The notes beneath the pieces were generated by a model. It worked only from the letters and a program-made list of their open reading frames with translations. It had not been told where the DNA came from and did not search any database. This document shows positions 16,973 through 28,200 of a DNA stretch of 64,000 nucleotides, piece by piece. The stretch spans positions 21,266,001-21,330,000 of the forward strand of contig OZ365114.1 in the NCBI GenBank assembly GCA_977030845.1. The letters are read 5' to 3'. Within the stretch, counting starts at the first letter, position 1, and each line of letters opens with the position of its first letter. This DNA is from Fimbriosthenelais zetlandica (Eukaryota). A program made the translations under genes and the position numbers.

Positions 16973-17772
16973 GGTGAATCTGAAAAAAGAAATTATGGGT
17001 TTAATTGCATTGTAATCTATTATGTTGTCACTCAAAGTTTCAAAGTTTTTATTTGACTCAAAACCCCCTATTGGGGTTAAAGCATGCAACAGGAGAAGAC
17101 GCCATATCGTACAATTACGCTTAAAAACGAATATAACAATAAACATTAAGTTGTTATCAGAAGAATAAGTGGTTGTGTTAATATGTTATCGTAATCTTTT
17201 AAGTTGTCACCGGGTGAATAAACAACTAGTCCAATGAAAACCTACCTACAGGTAGCCGCCTAGATAGGCCGGCAAAGACAAAGTGACAAATCCACCTATT
17301 ATCACTCAGTGGCGAAGACACCCAACAAAACCACTGATTATTCTATTTTACAGCCTTGATTCGGATGCTTTAATATACTATCATAAACCTACTGTCGTAT
17401 ATAGTACCTGGCAATGCTGAGATGGAAATAAACAGGTTTTCTCTGTCCAAAACTTCTTTCTCTCTAGTTCTCTGCACACGATAGGGGCGGAACCGGAAGC
17501 CACTCTTCCCTGAAGTATCATTGGTTTCCGTTTCATCCGATGGTGGCGTGCCAATAGGGCGTGCACTGACAAAGCATATCTGTAATTTAAAAAAAAAAGA
17601 TATTTACACATTAATAGACAATAGAATTAAAATTAAAAATTAATTTACGGGTTCTCAAGTGTTTGATATAAGCTAGTTTTCGTGTGTACACCCGCTAAGC
17701 AGCTTAGTAACCAGGCTACGTGTATTCTTGCTATTTACCGTTGTGGTACCTGAATGTGAAGAAGCGGCCAAC
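16973..17772. promoter_or_regulatory. Bidirectional housekeeping-type promoter shared by ALDH9A1 and MPDU1
   Basis: 800 bp between divergent ATGs. GC box GGGGCGG 17484-17490, ETS CCGGAAG 17493-17499, CCAAT 17551-17555 and YY1-like CAACATGGCGG over the MPDU1 ATG (17769-17779); locally CpG-rich. Confidence 0.7.
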
Positions 17773-19203
17773 ATGGCGGATATCAAAGCAATCGTCTTTT
17801 CTATCATTCAAATTCTTGTACCACAACCATGTTTCGACGAGTTCTTCGTCAAGTTGAACCTTTTCCATGGTAAGCTGTCTCATTTCTCCATTTTCAAAAC
17901 CTATTCCTTGTGTAATTTAAGTAGCAGTCGTCACGATATCTACACTTCCTTACATTATCGCTCAGTCGCCCGTCCCAAGTTCAACAACAATGAATGATGG
18001 GTGTACATGGATAAAAATCGATACAGCGACACTGACCTAAATAAAGGGCCACATTCTGATACAGGCTCCTTAACGTACGACACACAGAGCTGTCACAAAC
18101 TGACACGCGACATGAAACATTTTTATTGTGTGATATTATGACACAGTCATAAAATAAAAGGCCAAAGGGGACCCATGTACACCCCTACAAAGTACAATGT
18201 GTATTTGACCCCGCCCACCCCTAAGTCTTTAGCTAGTATTCATAAGACACTGTATCATTAGTATTTCTGAAAACCAATTATCAAGATATTTCAGCGTTCA
18301 ATGAGTTCAAGCCTACGCCCATATCTTGTTACTAAACATATAATTAATGGGCATAAATTATAATTAATAGATAATGTAGACTTGTAGTGTACAGGTATGC
18401 TACTAAATTAACTTGGTCTAGGCCTACTGGCTGCCTGCAACAAGGTGACTGAAATGGTCCTGCTATGAAAATGCATCTTGTAGAGTTGTAGGCTAATTCC
18501 ATTAATTTATTTGGGTTATCGTTTTCTTTGTTCTAAAGTAGCATTTTCTGTCATGCTTGATGTTTTAAAAATGTTTATTAAGCTACCTTTCAGTGGGATT
18601 TCGTATCCAAATTATTGTACGGTACTATATAGTCCATATAAGTATATAATATATGATCTCGAGTAAGACTTAAAGGTTATATAGTACATGTATTTTTCCT
18701 TTCAGTCGATTGCCTGAAAATTGTTTTGAGCAAGGCGTTGGGATATGCCATCATTGCTGGATCGCTTATGGGTAAGGACATTATTTCTATGCTCCTATCA
18801 TTAATAATATCATTATGTATGTAAAAGTGATATGAATTGTTCGCATGTGTTTTGCATACGTCTGTAAACGCGACTTATTTTAAATTTAATAACTACTTCG
18901 CATGCACCTTGTATCACAGCTGTGTGATCCCTTTACGGTGTATAGCTAAGCTACATACCTGGGGATCAAACCATACTCATACATGTAACATGGGTGAGTC
19001 TGGTGTTATGTATGGCTCAGTCATGTGAAAGGGTCGCCTATTTAACAAATCCTACTTTTGTTTCTTTCAGTTAAAGTCCCACAGATTATGAAGATACTGA
19101 ATGCGAAGAGCGCCGAGGGTATAAACCTTGTAGGTGTCAGTTTAGAAATAACTGCTCTATCATCTACCCTTGTCTATAGCTTCTCCAACAACTACCCGTT
19201 CAG
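17773..19203 (+). CDS. MPDU1: Mannose-P-dolichol utilization defect 1 protein (PQ-loop), exons 1-3
   Basis: Exons 17773-17869, 18706-18771, 19071-19203 give [74 protein letters not shown]...YSFSNNYPF, matching the MPDU1 N-terminus and first PQ motif. Confidence 0.93.
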
Positions 19204-22200
19204 GTAGGAATTATTGTTGTGCTCCTTCTATTCGCCAGGAATAAACTTTATGCTTCTACACTCACCAGCTCAATTAACATTCACATTCCCGTTTCTCCAG
19301 GTGTCGGATCTTTGGCTAATAATAATGTACATGCCAGTGATGACGTAGATACTTATTAGTTAGATCTCAGTAATAAAAAACAATTGGATTTTCATAATTC
19401 ATTAATTGACGTCTGTATATTGATTGGTAAGATTAAGAATATTATATAATATAATGTCAATTTATATAAATCCACTATTTATTATATTTTTCTTTCTAAT
19501 TTGTCTATCGTAAAGTTCTGTATGATCCTATTGGGCTCTCTAGACCATTGCCTGGTGTGTTGGCAGAGAGCTGCTGTCGCCCCCTAGTGCATTAAGCGAG
19601 TTCTACTAATTGTGAACTCATGCTGCCATCTGTTGTGTAGAACCAGAATCAACTGGCGTTAGTTCAATTTACATCAACCAGGCGGCGTCTAATACTGTTT
19701 TCGAACTGATGCTGCCACCTTATGTTCAATTTTTAAGATACAAACACCTATCAGTTCAATTTTCATCCTATAGGTGGCCAGAACCATAATTGAACTTAGT
19801 CTGTAAACTGCTGAAGCGATTATTAGGATATCTGAGCCCAGATTTCAAAAGTATATTCATCCAAAGCATTTTAGATTAGAGATATTTTCACGCCGATAAA
19901 TGAATGGAATAAGTTTACCTAGCCTTAAGAATACGAAGCAATGATGATTTATTTCATTTTGCTTGTGGGTGCATTACACCGTAGCATCTCGCTATATATA
20001 CATCATGCCAATTACCCTTTCACTCATCCCCTGTGCCTGTCGCCCAATTTACAATGGTTCAATTGAAGTCTGACAAATTTATAGCACAATAAGCTTGTGC
20101 TAACTAGTGATATAATTCATGTCATTACCAGTCTAACGTGCCTTACTTCCTCAAAGCGTCTTAACAGATCAGAATGCGGACAAAAAAAGACCCCTTCACC
20201 ATCATTCACTCCAAAATTCTGGGTCAGACATGCTCTTTCTAAAAGCTTGAATGGGATGGATTTTGAATTAAAAATTATGATATAAAAAGTTCACAAGTGT
20301 TTGGTGGAAATTAATGGATCTTGCCCCCTGACTTTGACCCTGTGTGACCCTGGTAGGTCCCGGGGCTGGGAGGCATCAACAGGTGAATGACAGGTGACAT
20401 GGGAGAGGTAAAAAGAGAGGTAACTTTAGCTTGGCTGGTCTTATATAGACTACACCAGCCACCCACGGTGAACCGACCCTCTCTAGGGGGCCAGGCCTGA
20501 TAGCATCAGAATCCCAGCAAGAAGGGTCATATGAATCCGTCCCAGGAGCCTCACTCCCTCCGTCTCTTTTTACATGATCACATATTTTCACTGCAAATTA
20601 ATATTTGACATCTAAAGGATCGTGAACCCTCCGGCAGCTCTTATCCCCAATTTCAAGATAAGAATGCCGTCGATGATTTGACATAATAATATCATTGGAA
20701 AAATTATAATCAATTTTCATTATTCAAATTTTAGGGGTACATATATGTGTAAATTGGGTCTTGAATATACATCTGTTGGGTTTGGGGGCATTGCGATAGG
20801 TGGAACTGATAAAAGTTTGTTTGTTTAGGTGCTTGTCTGGGAGGATTGGATCTTCGGGGAGAGAAGGGTTTAAATGTTAGATGTCCACCTGGGTGACTGA
20901 CAGGTGGGAGATGAGAGTAGAGAGAAAGACGAGGAGTGGGTATGGATCATTACTGGCAATCTATATATACAGCCGTGATGGAATGTTTCCCCTCATTCCC
21001 AACCCTCACTCCTCTATATCACCATTGTAGGGCCTTACCATAGTGGTATAAACCCACATATCTCCACCCTTACTAGTTCCTAACCTGCCTAAATATAACT
21101 TATAATTTGTATAGAGAATTGTCTAATTCCGCCACAGTTTGAGACTAGGGATTCTATTCTGTCCATTAGGTCTTTATATTTTGAGCACATTCTGTTAGAA
21201 ATGTTAATGGAGGCTATGTGTGAATGTATCACCCCTCTAAGTGTTGTTTCCCCATGTGATATAATTCCACACGTTTTCTACGCCATTAAGAGCCTCTAGC
21301 AGGGTGACAGTTAGTCCTGCTCATAATAGGGTCTTGTTTTCCAGTTGTCCTTACAAGTTTTTACACATTCCCCCAGGGCACCTCAACCACGACAGAGATC
21401 CAGTTGAAATTAACGCGGCCGGGGGCGTGGTCGGTGGGGTAACGACAGCGGCTAAATTTCCATGACAAGGCTTCACCACGGGCACTAATCGGTGTCCATT
21501 AACACCCTTTGGACTGGGGGCCTTTAGCGTTAAATAGCAGGTCTCATTTACCCAGCAGGTAACTGGGTCCTACCTGCCAATCTCTCCATGTTGAGGGTGT
21601 AAGGTGTCTATAAGACTAGCCCCGTCTACCTCTCGTCTTTACCTTGACATAGGTGGGATGACAGGTCGTAAGAGAGTCCAGCCAAGCTAAGCATCTCTTC
21701 TATCTGACACCTTCTATCATACGTACTTACCCACCAGCACTGACATCCATTCTAAGTACTGCGTCTTAAATGGAATCTCAATTAAACTGGTTAAAGTGCC
21801 TGTCTTAATTTTCTCACTCACTTGATGTAATTACCCCAAGCCATTTTGGGTTGATGGAACTGGAATATCAGGTCCAAATATGGTGATTTTTTCTTGGTTA
21901 TAACTTCAGGAAACTAAATATTTATTATGTTCCAAATCAGAAAATTCCACAATTTCCATTGGATCCCTTCATATTTCATATGTATACATGTATCTGTCTA
22001 TTTTATCTAAAGTATTTCACTGTTTAGTGTTATCTCTGGTATAAGACCCACTTGGATATTATTATTGAAGGACCCTTTGGGGAGACATACAGTGTGAGAA
22101 CAGCTGTTTCCATGGCAATTGACGGACAATATATATAGACATATACAGGGGTATATTGGTGATAATTCTTTAACTCTTCACCTGCCTATTCTCTCGCCAA

Positions 22201-25200
22201 TACTGGACCTTGATTCTCATGGTTTCTGGGAAGGAACCTGTTGCAGCAGGACAGCTTGACCACTGGTCAAACATAGCCATTTCCTGGCCATTGGTCAGCG
22301 AGTTGACACTAAGCCAATATGAAAACAGAAGCTGTCCACAGCGTCTGCTGCACCTGCAGCGCCCCCTCCCTTCATTTCCACTCTCTCACTACCCCTTAGA
22401 TTGGAAAAAATACTATTCAAATATTTCAATTTCCATGCACATATTTTCACGAAGAAAATTCTATTAGACCACTCATGGGATTGGTGAAAGAAAGGAGCAT
22501 GTCAGGAAGTAAGGATTGACCGGAGGAATTTGTTGGTAGACCTCTTCCCCATGTCAGGCATACCTGGTATTACCATAATGTGTGTACATTACCTTAAAAG
22601 TCGGACCATGCTTTGTTGGTCTTGTAAACTTAGATACTTTTCCTGCTAAGGGAGGTCAGTGGATAACAGAAGGGTCAATGTTTTTACAGGTCACTTTTGT
22701 ATCCAAACACAGCTTCAATAATATTGTTCAGCGATATCCTCCTTCGGCCTGGATGGAGTGAATGGAACATGCTGGAGCTGACATTGATGCATTTGGTGAT
22801 TAACTTTTGCTGATTGAAAACTTACTTTTCATGCCCTGGTCGGGATTTGCTTTGCCATTTGTATGGAACTTCAGCAAGTACCTGGCTTTTAAATTATTAC
22901 TGATTGTTGGCCGGCTTCTGATTTGAATTCATTGAGAGTTCAGAATATTAACAATCTCTATCACTGTCAAAGCTGAGGAAAGTTTCCCTGAATCGGGTAA
23001 CAAATTATCCACCAGTTTTAAAAAGTAAAAGACAAATGATCGAAAAGGAAAGTATAGAATTCTCGGGATGACTTATGATCCTCGGATTTTCTTTCTGCTA
23101 TTTCATTGGAATGCAGGCAGCATGGCACAAACTGGGCCAAACTAAAATTTTACTTTTATGAAGCAATGAGTGCGAAAATTAAATTTTCCCTGCCATGAAA
23201 TCTCCATGAATAGGTGTGAGTGTTTGGCAGTTTGTCCTGGGCAGGAAAAGGCAGCAATAGTGGCATGTGACTCTTTCTTCCTCATCGGAGGAGAGGGAAG
23301 CCATTCAAATGATAATTTCAGGGTCAACACTCTTGGAAACTTGTGAATAAAACATAGGTTGACTCTGGCTGCTTCTTAACATAAGCACTCAAACACACAA
23401 GCCTCCAGCTGGTGGACATGTCAGGTTAGCTCGAGTGTTCCCCTCAATAAGGCGGCATTCCATATACAGGACAAATACTGCAATGAGGCGATAATGGCAT
23501 TTGGAGTGTTTTATACTAAAGTCTGGGTTTGTGGGGAAATATTGACCTCTTTACAGGCTCCATATTTGCCAGAGTTTCACCATTACTCCTGATCTGTTTT
23601 GGGGCGCGAACCACAAAACATCCAGAACTGTACTTTTATAACAAAATCTCCCCATTGATCTATGTGCAACATTTTTAGAATTATATAACTCCAAGGTAAA
23701 GTGAATGTGCTCTTGTCCTGGCATGGTTCCCTGGATAAGCCTGAAACCCCTCATCAAAAAATAACCTTTGATATTTAACATATTTGTATTCAACAAAATT
23801 GTCCCTTCGTCAACTAACAATTCCTAAGTATTTCATAGCATTGTTCTTATAAGCCTACAGAATGGTGGTATTTAACCTGCAGCCCTTAAATCTTCTGAAC
23901 AGGGAATCTGAGCCTCTTATTCACAATGTGATACATCCTCATTGATGCCCTGGATACAGATCAGATCAAATGTGGTTTCATTGCAAATGTAACCCAATAA
24001 ACTGATATAAGATCATTTATATTTAGACCTACTGTTTCACCTATTGACTGGAGAATACTTTTTGTTCTCAAAAAATTAAATGACTTTGTCTAACAGATAC
24101 CTGTTTAGTCAGGAGCCTGGAGAATGCTCGGAAAAAAGTTAAATCAGCATTGTTGGAGAGGGATGGGTGGAAAAAATCCTCTTTGGACTAATTACCTTGA
24201 TTTGAGATAGCCAGAATACAAGAACTGGAAAGTAGGCTGTAACTCAATACCCCCACCCCCAACCAATCTCCCCCCCTCCCTCCTCACAATATCCAGCACA
24301 AATGTTGTGGGAAGAGATGGAAAAACTAGCCAAGTTTGCTTCCTCCAGCTTGACAGTTAAGAGCAGTTTACTTGATGGTGTGTGTAGACTGTGGGTTTGG
24401 GGATGTGGGGTGCATGGTGAGGGCCTGATGGTGGCATGGGGGTTTGAAGCAGGAGAGAGGAGAAGGCTTCCTCCTACTCATCCCCTTTTACCTCTCTGGT
24501 TCCAGTTTGGTGAGTAACAGTACTCATCAGGGTGGGCAGATGGCCCTCTCCACCCTCCACTGTTTGCTTACACTGGTCGGCCTTGTGTCGCTTCACACCT
24601 CGGCACTGGGCTCATATTTAACTTGACACCTCAGTGAAATGAGTGAACATTGCAGTGTTTGCTTAGATCGGCCAACGGGAACTGATACCCCTCCTGAAGC
24701 AGGCTGGAAGCCGGCACAGGCCTGCATGGGTAGGAGCAAGGCTGGGGGCATTTGAAAAAGTGACATTTTTAATAAGGCCCTGATTGTATTTATGTGATTG
24801 GAAATGAAACCAGAGCCTCATTCTGGCTCCAATCACGTGATGAGGTCACATGGGGTAAACTCAAGGCATGATGGGTAATATTTGCCATCCCTGAGCATCT
24901 TGGGAATTAGTTTTTTTTGCAGGCGATCCTCTAGCCCTATCTGGAAATCTTAATGGCATGTAAAATTCCATGTATAATTTGAATGCATTTTAACAATGGT
25001 CGATGAAATAGTTTCGGGTTTTAAAAAGGAAAACAAAACATATATACATGTGCGTGCTTGTATATCACATTGAAAAGTATTTTCTGGTATTTTGTTTTAG
25101 CAACTGTTTGAAAGTTGAGATGTTAATAGTATTGGACTTGTTAATAGTATTTGACTGCCATGTACGTGTAGTGGCTTGACCATTAGGCGATGTAGAGGGT

Positions 25201-28200
25201 ACATTAATGTAGTCTGTACTAAGTGATGGGTGTTAAGTCCACTACTGTCAGGATGTGGTAGTTCTCCAGCCCCTGTCAGTACAATACTCGATGTAACAGC
25301 CTTCAGAGTAAGGACAAAAGACTGGTTGACAGCAAGCAGGCCTGGACTTGTCAGCTGTCTAGTTATCCATTAGGCCTTAACCAAAGGCTTGCCAAGGCCT
25401 CCTGCCAAGGCCTCCAAACTTTCTACAAATAGGAAATCTTTGAGTCGGTTTCCAGGTGTCTTTATGACTTAATCATAGCCAATCACGGCTAAATGGGCTC
25501 ACAGTGAAATGTCTGCCCCAGCATGAAAGGCTCCGTCTTAACCAAGGGCTCAGCCAAGTGAAAAACATCAAGGTTAACCAAGAAATGGCCAAGTTCAGGT
25601 TAGAGTACCAGATCCAATTATGACCTGAAAAAAGATACGTCACATACTATCATATAACTTGTATGTAACTCTCTCAAAATCTTCAGAAATGGTCAAATCT
25701 CCATTAGAAAATAGAAAAAATCACTGCTGAAAATATTTTCATTTCGGATACAAAGGGTTAAAATGAAAATATTAAAGTGTGAAAATGATTATTTTTGCTG
25801 GAGGGTAGAGGGGTTGAATTATTGATGACTTATGGCCAGGCTTCTCATCGATTCGTGTTGAGAACAAGGTTAATCTTAGCCTGGACAAGAGAATCAGAGA
25901 GCTGCTCCGCTGATTGGAGCAGGTCATACGGGCAGGGGTCGGCTTGCACGACAGCTTGCATGGGGCGGTAGGCCTCATCATAGGCTGCAGCTTCCACGCC
26001 ACCTCACCCAGGCTTGTACCAGACACACCTGGCTAAAGGTGGTCATGGTCCGTGAAACACAGTGTCCCTGGACAATTTTACCAACTGGGAGAAACTCTCA
26101 TGCCCCCTACAAGCCGTCGCATACCAATATTATCCCGAAACTTATCCAAAAGTCTAATTTATAGTCAGTATATCGACAGGAAGCTCTCCTAGCAAAAAAA
26201 GGATCTAGATGTTGATCTTGATATTATTCGTGATACGAGTTTAGATGGAGCAGAAAGTGTCCGTGGGACACTCTCATGGTGGAACATTCAGCATAAACAC
26301 ACCCAGTCTTGTACACCACCTCCTAATACAGACCCCTTGCATAAATAATTCCTCACCTTATTCATTGGCGGCGCGCTGAGGTGTGCACCTTTCTTTGATG
26401 AAGCCTCCTGCACACTAATTAGTGTCGGGATCTCAAGTGGAGCGGCCATTTTAATTATAAAAGGCTGAGGTGTTGGCCAGATTGTGTGGCGAACCCTGAT
26501 TATCTTAATTAGTTGCTCCCACTCACACTCTCTACCCCTAGAACCGACTTCTAAGTCAACAAAATCTTCACACCTTTTCTTCTCAAAATATTATCTTCAT
26601 GAAAAAATAATGATCTCCCCAAGCTGGCTAAAGTGGTTTACGTGAGACCTATGAGGAGTCAGTATTGGCGACATCCCCTGGTCCTATTTTACAGCGAAAT
26701 CTCAGATTTTTAGTATATTTTTACCTTCTCTTTAGTCATGCTTTCAGGTGAACGTGAATACCCATTACCCTGGGGGTGAATAAGGTCACAAATCTATAAC
26801 TTGGGATCAGTAATCAAAGTGTTCCCATGCAGCCAGATGTTGCCGCCAACCACAACAACAAGTTGTTGCATAATGGAAATTTCAATCTATATTTACTCAC
26901 TTCATTTGGTTGCCTGACTAACTTTTGACACGATGCCAGTCTTCTCGGGAGATGATTATTTTTTCCTCTCCTCTCCTCTTGCTCTATTTTATGATCAGTG
27001 ACATTGACATGGTGCGAGGAGAGAAGGTTATTCACCCTCTGGGCTCGTCCAAACTAAATGTAATAGGGTTTTTAACCACAAGCTTTGACATCTAGTTAGC
27101 ACAAGAATTGCCCATTAATCCATCACTCTCTCAAACAGCCTATACATATTTATAAACTGGATCACTATTACAATGATTGATCATCTAGCAGAGTGATAAA
27201 TATGTTAAACCCAATAATGCATATCTTGGCAATTTCTTTTATGAAAATATGCCCAGTCTCTCACTCCCCATGCCTTCTTCCCTGGCCCAGGCGTTTAGTT
27301 GGCAAGCCTTGAATCCAGTAATTATCCTTCCTGCCAACTTGTTGAGCCCTAGTGTCATCAGACCTCAATCCTGAAAACTTCTCCTCTCCTTCTTTTTATC
27401 ATTGAAAGCCTCAAGGGTCGTGTTAATATTTATATTTAATTACGACCGGCTAGAAATTCCCCTTGTTCCTATTGTATAGGATCCGCACACATTTTAACAG
27501 AATGCGATGTCATTTGATAGATTATAAATCACAGGGGACATTCACGATGACAAATTATTGATAATTTATTTTCCTTTTCAGATAGCATCAAGGAAAAATA
27601 ACTAACTTTACGACTGTCATGAACTTCCTTATTTGGTCCATTACCTGGACTCTTTATTGTTAGGGACCTGAATATTGAGACCCTTTTTTCGTTTGAAAAG
27701 AAAGGACCTTAAAGGGAATAAGATTTACTATGATAGCTATGGCTTTTGTTTACACTAAATAAATGTCAAGGGTTCCAGAGTGTGCTGTTATAGTAAGGTG
27801 CAAACATCTGCGAGATATTAAAAGGAAATAGGACCAGATTCCCCTCTCCGTTATTTTACCCAGTAGCGTCTCGGAAAGTGAAAGAATATAAAAATCTGGG
27901 CCTTGGAAAAACTTCTGCCAAGCTCTGGCAGGCGGCCACATGCCTGTGCAAGATAATGGTGATCTATTTCCTCGTCTCATCCTTCTAGGAAGTCTCATTT
28001 CTCGGAGACTTCCAGGAGCGGGCGCGCCCGGGCTCTGGTGGGGCCTGCTCGTGCTGGGGTTTGATAGGATTGTTCTCTTGGATAAAAGAACCAAGTTGGT
28101 GGCCAAGATAAGATTGTTACCGACTCTCAACTTGTGATAGGATGTGAAGCTGGGAAGAGACTAAAAGAGAGGAGTAAGACTGAGTGGGGCTATAGAGCTG

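Noticed and set aside
22652-22693. Three AGGTCA-like half-sites
   Set aside because: Spacings of 13 and 10 nt do not match canonical nuclear-receptor direct repeats.
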